This document shows, in pieces, positions 40,504-51,899 of a DNA stretch of 64,000 bases (the first letter of the stretch is position 1; the number at the start of each line of letters is the position of its first letter). The position numbers were made by a program, and so were the translations under genes. The stretch spans positions 38,316,001-38,380,000 of the forward strand of contig OX597819.1 in assembly GCA_951406725.2 (NCBI GenBank), in the 5' to 3' direction. Under the pieces are notes generated by a model that saw only the letters and a list, made by a program, of their open reading frames with translations, was not told the origin of the DNA and searched no databases. Source of the stretch: Octopus vulgaris (taxonomy: Eukaryota).

Positions 40504-40984
40504 CATATATATATAGATGTTGTTACGCATCGCTGGTCACAATGCGTTCGCATTGTTTTAGCCTTCGAATGACGCCATCCCGCTGGCTAAGTGAGCAGGC
40601 CAACAGAAGAAAGAGTGGGAGAAAGAGTGGTGAAAGAGTACAGCAGGGGATCACCACCCCCTGCCGGAGCGTCGTGGAGCTTTTAGGTGTTTTCGCTCAA
40701 TAAACACTCACAACGCCCAGTCTGGGAATCGAAACCGCGATCCTGCGACTGCGAGTCTGCTGCCCTAACCACTGGGCCATTGCGCCTCCACTATATATAT
40801 ATATATACATATATATAATGGGATTCTTTCAGTTTCCATCTACCAAATCCACTCACAAGGCTTTGGTCAGCCCAAGGCTATAGTAGAAGACACTCGCCCA
40901 AGGTGCCATGCATGCAGTGGGACTGAACCTGCAACCATGTGATTCGTAAGCAAGCTACTTACCACACAGCCACTCCTACGCCTG
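40268..40984 (-). mobile_element. SINE family A split by SINE family D
   Basis: Two halves flank 40516-40791. Confidence 0.9.
40516..40791 (-). mobile_element. tRNA-derived SINE family D
   Basis: Minus strand GTGGAGGCGCAATGGCCCAGTGGTTAGGGCAGCAGACTCGCAGTCGCAGGATCGCGGTTTCGATTCCC (A and B boxes). Confidence 0.85.
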
Positions 40985-41042
40985 TTATGTATATAACATA
41001 TGTATGTATGTTATATACATTACATACATATGTACATACATA

Positions 41043-41073
<31 letters not shown>

Positions 41074-42032
41074 CATTCACATGCATACATATACACACAC
41101 AAATGTACACATGCACACACATATGCATACACACATATACATATATATATCATTGTATATCGGCATTTATTGTGTGGGTGTGTATGTATATTTATGTGTA
41201 TATGTTTATATATGTATACACATACATAAATTTATGGAAGTATCTATGTACTTTTTATTATTTTGGGTAGTAAGTTCATAAAGTTATATATTAAATATGT
41301 ATAAAGAACATTTGAAATTATAGTTATTTTTCATAATAAAGAATGGAATAGGTTTCTGACTTTAGTACAAATTTAGTTCATGTGTAAGAGAAGTAATCAA
41401 TGCTCTTCTCTTAATCTTTTTTTTTTTTGTTTTTTCAGTAATGAAATATAAATCACTGTTCATCATTAGCAACTTTAATTACATATCATAGAAATAAGAG
41501 ATTATTATTGACTGATCATACAGCACAGCAGGGGAAGAAGTTAGATTAAAAGTTAAGGCTTTGACTTTGAGAATAATCTCATTAGAATGTCTCATTGGGA
41601 GACATCAGCATTGTTTCAGAATAAATTGATAAAAAGATGAAACAGTTACATATATGAAAGAAAGGAGTAAGATATATATAGTCTTTCATAAGAATTATAT
41701 AAGACGTGTATTGTAATGAATGAATTATATGCTTATAGTAATATAAGTATATGCATATGAACAAATCTGTAATTACATGGAAATGACAATTAATTAGATA
41801 TATATAATAAACTCATCTGTATGCATGTACATATATATAATGATATATGATAATGGATCTCTCATTCAGAATTTCTGACCATGAGTGTTCAGTTGTTTAA
41901 TCAACTAAGTAGGACTCCTTAAATTACCATGTAAGTAACTGAGTTTCATCAGATACATGTTGTCTTTATGTAATTCTCAGGTAGAATCAGCTTAACACTT
42001 TTGTGAGAGGCTCGATGTTTGGATTGTAGGTA

Positions 42033-42242
42033 CAATCAAATACATGCACATATAAATTCCATTGTTTGGCATTTATAGCCACAGGTTGACTCATACCTTA
42101 TGAGTAAAATTGGTGTAGCTGGAAGGTGTCAAGAAACCTTTCTTGACACATTCCAGCTACACCAATTTCACTCATAAGGTATGAGTCAACCTGTGGCTAT
42201 AAATGCCAAACAATGGAATTTATATGTGCATGTATTTGATTG
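42033..42242. repeat. 210-bp near-perfect palindrome
   Basis: 104-bp arms 42033-42136 and 42139-42242, 2 mismatches, 2-nt loop. Confidence 0.95.
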
Positions 42243-42451
42243 AATGTAGGACCATTATTACAGATAAGAGGAAAAAGAAGAAAAACAATGACACTACGAC
42301 CAACCCTGACCAGCCTGCCTTCCTATGCAGCATCTGCAATTTTGCCTGCTTGTTCTGAATTGGATTCACTGGGCATCAGCAGGCCTGCAACGAATGTGAA
42401 CACCCCACTCCAAAAGTCTCTGCTCTTGAAGCCAAGTCAAGAGAGAATATA

Positions 42452-42666
42452 TTCTCTTTTACTCTTTTACTTGTTTCAGTCATTTGACTGTAGCCATGCT
42501 GGAGCACCGCCTTTAGTCGAGCAAACTGACCCCAGGACTTATTCTTTGTAAGCCTAGTACTTATTCTATTGGTCTCTTTTCCCAAACTGCTAAGTTACAG
42601 GGACGTAAACACACCACCATCAGTTGTCAAGTGAGGTTAGGGGGACAAACACAGACACGCAAACAT

Positions 42667-42710
<44 letters not shown>

Positions 42711-42852
42711 GACAGGCTTCATTCAGTTTCCATCTACCAAATCCATTCACAAGGCTTTGGTCGGCCCGAGGCTATAGTAGAAGACACTTGCCCAAGATGC
42801 CACGCAGTGGGACTGAACCTGGAACCATGTGGTTCGTAAACAAGCTACTTAC
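42452..42852 (-). mobile_element. SINE family A
   Basis: Homology. Confidence 0.9.
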
Positions 42853-43499
42853 CGTGTGTGTGCGTGCGTGTCCTTTTTTTTTCCGTTCTGGCATGAGTTG
42901 GATGTATCTTTGTATGAATTGGTTATTCTAACGATCACAAAATATTTCCATTCATTTAGAAATTATAATGATACTTTGTAACATTGTTTTGGGTATTTCA
43001 AGTGTTTCTTGAAGGTATAGAAATTTGAAAATAGATAAAAAAGAAAAAAGGGCCTCACTGTTGCAAAACAAGCTTCTTAACCGTTCAGTTATGCTGTGCT
43101 TATATATGTATGTATATGTATTTATGAATGCATAGATTTGTATCTTTTCCATGTATGTGTGAGAAAAATAATGTTTAGATATGCACAAACACATTGAATT
43201 GATAATAACTTATGGTTTGTTGACTGTTTTTGAAGGTTAGTTTTCAAAACATATTTGACAATCCTTCAGCACATGTACTTAACTACTTCACTTTGCTCAT
43301 TTCTTTCACTTGTTCAGCACTTTCTCCTTGCAAGATGACATTATTCAAACATTATTCTTTGTTTTGCAATTTGATAGAATTAAGAAAAATTAATTGGCAC
43401 ATTCTTCTGTTTAATTTAAAGTTAGTTTTGTTTCACTTTTATTGAAAATTTGCTTTCCTTGAATAAGCATTAAAAACATGCAAAAAAATTTACTAAAAT

Positions 43500-44660
43500 G
43501 CTTAAGTCATCAAGATAACTATGTGAGTTAACAAAAGAGCCACTACACAGGTTCTCAAAAGCTTAATGTATTAACTTAACATTCATTTGATAAATATTCT
43601 GTTGTTTTTCAAAAGCTGTCAACTGCTTGAGAGTATTTAAAAGAATTTATCTCATGTGTTCTACTAACTATTCCAGTTCATCTGCTATTTATGAAGCCTA
43701 CCTTTTCTGTCAACCATTTGTATATCCATAGTTTGCAACAGGTACACTGTGTGGAATTACAACCTACTCGTTTTTTGCAACCAAGCATAGTTATTTGTTT
43801 ACTACCCACAAGGGGCTAAACATAGAGGGAACAAACAAGGACAGACAAACGGATTAAGTCGGTTATATCGACCCCAGTGCGTAACTGCTACTTAATTTAC
43901 CGACCCTGAAAGGATGAAAGGCAAAGTCAACCTCGGCGGAATTTGAACTCAGAATGTAATGCCAGACGAAATACGGCTACGCATTTCACCCGGTGTGCTA
44001 ACGTTTCTGCCAGCTCGCCGCATAGTAACTTTTCTAATGGCAGTAGGGTTCTGTCTTGTCTTCTTTCTTACTGAAACTTTGTTAGGCTTACTTTAAGGCT
44101 TCTCAATTCTAGGTTCTGTTGCCAACTTTTGAATTTCTCCTTTAACCACTCCATCTATAAGAAGTAAGATATTGACATACAAGAATTCCCATGGATAACT
44201 AGTTAACTAGTCTTAAGTTCTTCTGTTATGGCTTAAAAAACTATAATAAACAGAAGGATAAGAATTGGGCCCAATCTGCAGACTAAATTGCTCAACTTAT
44301 TCTTAACTCTCACCTTAGACAGAACCTCTGTACATCACTTAAACAACTCTCACAAGCCATTCATTTAGCCCTTAGTTTGGTGACTGTCAGACCACAGAAT
44401 GTGGAATTCTATCAAATATTTTCTCCAGGTCAACAAAAGTTCATTAGAATAGCTTATTCCTAGCTAAATACTTCTGTAATTGCTTCCCTAGGTAAACGGC
44501 ATTGGCAGTATCCTTTCCTGGCATAAACCTGATGGCATCTTGTGTTGGCTGTACTTCTTCCAAATTAGGCGTGCAATACCTCCTTCTGAAACTTTCACAA
44601 TCTGGCTCATTTATTGCATGTTTTTGTAGTTGCTGCTTTCAGGAACATTTCTTTCCCGCT
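43500..44660 (-). mobile_element. RTE-clade LINE relic interrupted by SINE B
   Basis: FMPGKDTANAVY..FVDLEKIFDRIPHS RT motifs; downstream Cys-rich CKKRVGCNSTQCTCCKLWIYK. Confidence 0.7.
43791..44020 (-). mobile_element. SINE family B
   Basis: Full-length homology; flanked by GCATAGT on both sides. Confidence 0.9.
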
Positions 44661-45477
44661 TGTAATGATTAAGGATGATACTGCTCTACCAGTAATTACA
44701 TGTGATACCTTCCTCTACTATCTGGTTGTCTAGGAGAGTAACCAGCATGTGACTCAGTTTGCTATGTTAGTTCATGTATGGTGTATTCTTAATGCAGTTT
44801 TCCATTTCCATGGGAAATTTTTTTGTTTTGTTTCTTCTATTTGACAATTTCATAAGTTGAATTTGTGGCTAGAACAGGTAGAATATTGATAGCTGGTATA
44901 TTGTGCTTGTATTTAGCTTTGTTTTAAGTATTAATTTAATGTGCATCTGTGTGTTTCTGTGTGTGTGTGTGTATGTGTGTGTGTGTGTTTGTGTAAAGTG
45001 GCAAACTAACAGAATTGTTAACACACTAGGCAAAAATGCATAGCAACATTCTTTATCTTCTTAATTCAAGTTCCGCTACAGTCGCCTTCATCTTTCATTC
45101 TTTTAGAGTTGATTAAATTAAGTACCAGTTGAGCTCTGAAGTCAATGTAATTGACTTAGCCTATCCCCCAATATTGCTGGTCTTGTGCCAAAATTTGAAA
45201 TCAGTCTAATGCATATATGTGTTTCTTTTTCTGCTCATTTCTTTCATTTATTTGCCCAGCTCACTTTGGCACTATTCTCTTATCTCTCTTTCTTTATCTA
45301 ACACAATATTATATCTGTAACTTTCTTCTTTTCAAAATTATTTTGGCTCATTTCTCTTAATCCGAATCTCATATAAATTACTCTAATAAATTTATGTACT
45401 GTCTTTGGGGGTGTTTCTAGTTGCTTATCAAATATATTGGACAACTTGAGACCATCCGTATATAAATATTGTAAATT

Positions 45478-45516
45478 GTATCCAAGACCTCACTGTCGTA
45501 TCCAAGACCTCACTGT
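45478..45516. repeat. 20-bp tandem duplication
   Basis: GTATCCAAGACCTCACTGT occurs twice. Confidence 0.85.
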
Positions 45517-45686
45517 TTTAATATGCTGATTAGATAAGGTAACACCATACAAGAGATAGTAGAGAGACATTTTGAAAATTTTCCTCTTTTTATAGATATG
45601 ACATTAGTTTTTAAAATGTTTATTAAAAAAATATACACATATATATGCATACTTATATATATGTGCATATATACATATCTACTTAT

Positions 45687-45723
<37 letters not shown>

Positions 45724-46095
45724 TATATATATATATACATATACATATACTCATATATATTAGAAAGAGAGAATGAACAATCAAAACATGTGGTACCACT
45801 TTAGAGCCTGGAATTTATAACTCCAACATAACTGTAGAGTTGTTTACATTGGAGTTGTTGGAATAAAAGGTATCATATAAACAAGTGACTAAGAAGTTGT
45901 GCATAAAGGTCTCTACATCTGTTTCTAGAATAGCTGTGCATATGGTGCATATCTCAGCAAACAAAGATTTCCATAAAAAAAAAGCCAAATATTCCACCTT
46001 CAGAAAGGAAGAATTAAGGAATATCCTTGATAAGTGATATTAGTTGTTACCAGTTTCGTTATCAAAGAGATGGAACTGGTAATATACATATACAT

Positions 46096-46331
46096 AAGGC
46101 AGTGAGCTGGCTGAATCCTTAGTACACTGGGTGAAATGCTTAGAGGTATTTTGTCTGCTCTTATGTTCTGAGTTCAAGCGCCACTCAGGTTGACTTTGCC
46201 TTTCATCCTTTCGGGGTCAATTAAATAAGTACCAGTTATGAACTGTGGTCGATATAATCGACTTAAACCCTTTGTCTGTCCTTGTTTGTCCCCTCTATGT
46301 TTAGCCCCCTGTGAGCAATAAAGAAATAAAT
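46096..46331 (+). mobile_element. SINE family B
   Basis: Homology. Confidence 0.85.
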
Positions 46332-46654
46332 ATACATATACATACACATACTGAAAAGAGCTGTTGTGAAATTACAAAACCAGAAATAGAATGTCAAAGA
46401 AATGTTTATTTTTAGCAATTTGTAATATCCTCTTCAAAAAAAAAAAAAGACCTGTAAAATGTGTTCTGTGAAGGCCTCTAACATTTTACATAATTGATCA
46501 TTATCTGATGAAGCTTATGCATCCTGTATAGACTTTTACAACTCTTTAATGTATCGCTGACAAAGTTCACTATTTGTATCTCAGTGCACTTTCCATGTGT
46601 GTTCTTACATAGACACACAAACACAATCACACATACATATGTGTAAGAATTTAT

Positions 46655-46832
46655 GGCTGTGTGGTAAGTAGCTTGCTTACCAACCACATGGTTCAGGGTT
46701 CAGTCCCACTACGTGGCACCTTGGGCAAGCGTCTTCTACTATAGCCTTGGGCCGACCAAAGCCTTGTGAGTGGATTTGGTAGACGGAAACTGAAAGAAGC
46801 CTGTCGTATATATGTATATATATATATGTATA

Positions 46833-46881
<49 letters not shown>

Positions 46882-47103
46882 GTATGTGTTTGTGTGTCTG
46901 TGTTTGTCCTCCCAACACCGCTTGACAACCGATGCTGGTGTGTTCACGTCCCCGTAACTTAGTGGTTCGGCAAAAGAGACCGATAGAGTAAGTACTAGGC
47001 TTACAAAGAATAAGTCCCGGGTTCGATTTGCTCGACTAAAGGCAGTGCTCCAGCATGGCCACAGTCAAATGACTGAAACAAGTAAAGGAGTAAGGAGTAA
47101 AGA
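46655..47103 (+). mobile_element. SINE family A
   Basis: Homology. Confidence 0.9.
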
Positions 47104-48658
47104 GAGATAGATAGATATTGTTATTACAGTACAAATAACAGTTAAGTGACAGCATCTATTGACCATGCATTGTGTCAAACGAACAAAGGAAATCAATCAA
47201 GGCATGCTAGTTGGTTTATGATTCCTATAAATCAGTGTAACAGGGAATGGTATCTGTGTCATTGCTCAGTACAAGTGGAACATAAGCACTGATTTTTTAG
47301 AAATATGAGGTCTATAGATTTTACTTTAGTATTTGTTTTGCAAACTGTTTATGTGACACCATGTATTGAAACATGTATTTTGAGAAGGTCATTCTGCCTA
47401 TCAACCACAAAACACATACACTCACTCACACACACACACACACACACACTAGTTGTATATCACTTTTGTATTGATTGCTTGGCATAATCAATTAACCAAA
47501 GTAGTAAATAACACGTGTATGTGTTTAATTATCAAAATATCTCTCTAGTGCAGCAATACACACACCTGCACATGCACGTGCACACACACATGCATACACA
47601 CACTCATACACACACACATGCACATACATACACACAAAACACACACACTCCTACACACACATACACATGCACACACAAAACACACATTTACACATATAGT
47701 ATGTCTAGAGAAGAAGCTCTGAATGAGAATTGACCTGGATCTTGGAAATTGATCCAGCCTTTGTCAACATAGAAAATGGATGTATAATGATGATGATAAT
47801 GATGATGATGATGATGATGACCTATGCAATACCATCAGCCAAACTGATGCATCTGAGTATTATGCAGCTTACAATCCTTTACACATCCCAAATTGCACCC
47901 AGTCTTTTTGGTCCTTTATTAAAAGTATTTTCTCTTCCACTTTTGCTAAATTTTTGACTTTTGTGGTTTCAATGGTGGTTCTATGAGCGGTTCTGCTTTA
48001 GAGAAACCCTCAATATTCAGTACCTGGTTTACGTCCAATCCTTCACTTCATACCCTAGTTAAATCACCCTCCAAAACTATCTATTTCCATTACACAAGGC
48101 TCACCACCATCAATTTTGTATCATCATCATCACTTAACATCTACTTTCAATGCTAGCATCGGTTGGATGGTTTGACAGGAGAGATCTGGCAAGCCAGAGA
48201 TCTGTAGCAAGTACAACTGTATGTGATTCTACAACTGGTTGCTCTTTCTAGCACCACTCACTTTACAGAGTGTAGCTCAGCTAAGCAGTTCATGCTCTTG
48301 TTCAATGGGGCTGGAATCATTACAGTTTGGTGATCCCAGTGGTCGTCTTGTGCATAGAACCAACCAGATCCATCAGGTGTACTGAGTGCATCAGCAGCAG
48401 TGAAGCCACCAAATAACTTGCAAGACAAGATCCCTCAACTGAGAGTGAAGTGATTTTATGCCAGTTGATGAGAAGGTAGAGTATGATTGAGAGACTGTAA
48501 AAAAGTTGTCTTGCTGCATCTATAATCAAAACATGGACCAATAAAATACAGTTATGATATTCTCTGTATATCACAAATTAATAATAATAATCATCGTTAG
48601 AAAAAATATAAAACAAAAAATGGGTTGATTAAATATAATGCATATTAGATTATTGAAC

Positions 48659-48850
48659 ATCATTATCATTGTTTAATGTTCGCTCTCCATGCTTGCATGA
48701 GTTGGACGGTTTGACATGGTGCTGGCTAGCAGGGAGTTGTCCAGGCTCCAGCTGTTTGTTGTGGCATAGTTTCTATGGCCAGATGCCCTTCCTATAATGC
48801 CAATCACTTGGCAGAGTGTGCTGGATGCTTTTTATGTGCCACTGGCATGG
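48659..48850 (-). mobile_element. Diverged family C element
   Basis: CATTGTTTAATGTTCGCTCTCCATGC..GATGCCCTTCCT. Confidence 0.7.
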
Positions 48851-49726
48851 GCTCATTAATGCCTTTTAAGTGACACCAGCACCTGACAGGACAAACCTGT
48901 ATGTGTGGAAGACAGCAAAAACACAGTAAAGTCAACATTTCCAAAAACAGAGACGCATATAACTTATATGTAATACAACCTGTATGCAATTTAATTGTGG
49001 TATGTTTTATATCAAAATTCTTTTTATGTAAAAACTTTATTTATAGTTGACAAAAATAAGTAAGAATTTTATGCACCTGTTGTAATAACTTATTGCAATA
49101 TATTAAAAATAACATGTGAAAAATATATTCAAGTCTTCAGAGATTTTTATAACCATGTTTTTCTATGGTTGAAATATACAAAGATAATGGCGGGAGACAA
49201 TAGGACTGTTGGTTCTTGTATTCATTAAAGACATGTGTTCTTTGAGAAGCAGAGCATTGCATGCCAGGTGTGAAAGAAAATTATAACAATGATTTATTGC
49301 TTTTTAAAAATGTCCTAATACTATTAATGTAATTATGTTTCATTCTTTTATGCTCTTAATGGTTTTGGTTATCGATGGAATTCTGCCTTCAAGTGTTGCA
49401 GTCGATTATATTGATCCCAGTATTTATTTTAGCCTGGGACTTATCTTATTGATTCCTGTTTGTTGACTCATTAAGGTGTAGGATATAAAGGAATATAAAA
49501 GATGCCTGTTTTTATACTGGGACAAACATAATCATGGAAATCTACATGCAAATGTTTCTGTTTTAAGGCAAAAGTGCTACGTACTCTATACATACATGCA
49601 TTAGAACAGTGTAGAATATGGTGTATTTGGTGTACTTACACTTGGGATTGTTTTTTCATACCCACTCTGTGTGTGTGTGTGTGTCTGTGTTAATAAGTAT
49701 TTATGAATATACATATATATATGTAT

Positions 49727-49992
49727 TGTTAAAAACGGTAAGATAACAAAAGAAAGAAAGAGACCTCAATATTATGTAAATAGAGGAAATTTATCTGTAA
49801 AAATATGTGACAATTATACAATAGCCAAGATAAAACTCTGAGTTTCGGATGCCGAGGTGGAAATCCACAACACCATCTCTTCGTTTTCATATGGCCAGAT
49901 AACCGAAGAGATGGTGTTGTGGATTTCCACCTCAGCATCCGAAACTCAGAGTTTTATCTTGGCTATTGTATAATTGTCACATATTTTTACAG

Positions 49993-49995
<3 letters not shown>
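49727..49995. mobile_element. (TA)n-embedded foldback+tail element containing a hammerhead-like motif
   Basis: 92-bp arms 49792-49883 / 49904-49995 (1 mismatch); hammerhead-like fold on + strand at 49893-49963. Confidence 0.8.
49893..49963 (+). ncRNA. Putative minimal type-I hammerhead ribozyme (U4C core variant)
   Basis: Stem I AGATAA/TTATCT, core CCGAAGA, stem II GATG/CATC (one-nt offset), GAAA, stem III CTCAGAG, GUU triplet. Confidence 0.55.
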
Positions 49996-50045
<50 letters not shown>

Positions 50046-50054
50046 CACACACAA

Positions 50055-50089
<35 letters not shown>

Positions 50090-50220
50090 ATGATGAATAT
50101 GTGCATGTGTGTGTAAGTATATATATATATGTTTATGTATTTGTTTTGCAAGATCCTTGATGTGAAATCATGTGTTGAAACAGTTACTGTTATTATTTGT
50201 GGATGGTAATCGTTTACCAA

Positions 50221-50452
50221 GGGCGATGAGCTGGCAGAAATGTTAGCATGCCGGGCGAAATGCTTAGCGATATTTTGTCTGCCGCTACGTTCTGAGTTCA
50301 AATTCCGCCGAGTTTGACTTTGCCTTTCATTCTTTCGGGGTCGATGAAATAAGTAGCAGTTATGCACTGGGGTCAATGTAATCGACTTAATCTGTTTGTC
50401 TGTCCTTGTTTGTCCCCTCTATGTTTAGCCCCTTGTGAGCAGTAAAGAAATA
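50221..50452 (+). mobile_element. SINE family B with ~16-bp TSD
   Basis: GGTAATCGTTTACCAA before and GGTAATCTTTTACCAA after. Confidence 0.9.
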
Positions 50453-50871
50453 GGTAATCTTTTACCAATTAACTGCATGCACTGTTTATTTGAACTTCGC
50501 TTTAGTTTTATTATTATAATCATTACTTTAGTTGTCAGAGTTCTTTCTTCACACATACAGTGACCTATTCAGTGACTTTCTGTTCTTCATGTATCTTCTT
50601 CTCTGTGGTCTCAGCCTGTCTATTTCATTTTGTTGTTCTTTGAGAAAATAAATAAACTAATACTAATAATTGCAATAAAATTAAAGTGAAGATCAAATAG
50701 TGTGTGTGTGTGTGTGTGTGTGTGTCTTTAATTGGCTAAAAACACCTATCCCCAAATATCACGAGGAGAGATTCTTACCGTAGTAGAAAAGGAATTTTTA
50801 ACTCCTATTTCTAAATTTGGTATGTGGTGAAGCAATTAGCTGACCCCTAATTATTATTATAGAATATTTGT

Positions 50872-51096
50872 ACACATACACACACACACACACACACATA
50901 TATACATATATATATACACACATATATATATGTATATATATATATGTATACACATATATATATATATGTATATATATACACAAATATATATACGTATATA
51001 TATATATATATACACACACACATATATACATCTACATATATATATACATCTACATATATATATACATCCACATGTATCTATATATATATATACATC

Positions 51097-51132
<36 letters not shown>

Positions 51133-51187
51133 TACATATATATATACATCTACATGTGTATATATATATATATAACTACACACACAC

Positions 51188-51220
<33 letters not shown>

Positions 51221-51305
51221 TATATATATATCTACACACACACACACATATATATATATCTACACACACACACACACATACACATATATATATATATATA
51301 TATAC
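50872..51305. repeat. Compound (CA)/(TA) microsatellite with higher-order CATCTACATATATATATA units
   Basis: Directly visible. Confidence 0.95.
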
Positions 51306-51616
51306 AAGGAAATAATGGGAAAAGAACAAAGGACAAATAAACATTGAGATCCTCTCATTGGCCATGGAGTCCAAGCTACAAATAAAGTTTCAGTGCATTT
51401 AAACCCTAAGGCATTCAAATTCCATGGTGCTGATTGTCTGGTTGTCTCTTTGATATAGGAAATATCACTGAAGTGATTAGACAAACAAGAGCATGAAGGA
51501 CAAGATTATGAATAGAAACAATACAGTAATAGAATGCGTATGTATGTGCGTGCATATGTGTGTATATATATGTACACACACACATATATTTATACGTAAT
51601 ATATAAAAATACATTA

Positions 51617-51655
<39 letters not shown>

Positions 51656-51717
51656 ATAATAAATTCAGGGTGAATACTTGATAAATGTAAGCACCTGTAT
51701 AGGTGATAGGATATATG

Positions 51718-51794
51718 TATCAAAAGAAAAACAGGACGCAAAGGATTTTGCGGTACATATGTACCGCAAAATCCTTTGCGTCCTGTTTTTCTTT

Positions 51795-51799
<5 letters not shown>
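51718..51799. repeat. 82-bp perfect palindrome, no spacer
   Basis: TATCAAAAGAAAAACAGGACGCAAAGGATTTTGCGGTACAT|ATGTACCGCAAAATCCTTTGCGTCCTGTTTTTCTTTTGATA. Confidence 0.95.
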
Positions 51800-51831
<32 letters not shown>

Positions 51832-51899
51832 CCAACTCCATTGTCTCCCGAGACATAAAGGATGCCAACGCAATATATATATATGTGTATATATATACA

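Noticed and set aside
40715-40791. tRNA-like sequence with A/B boxes
   Set aside because: No proper acceptor stem; continues into a repeated SINE body, so it is a SINE head (likewise family A, B and E heads)
41439-41667. Strong acceptor followed by a possible donor
   Set aside because: Stops seen in the frames I read; a non-coding exon cannot be supported without RNA data
46507-46513. Isolated CTGATGA (also TCATCAG at ~41946)
   Set aside because: No accompanying stems and GAAA geometry for a hammerhead
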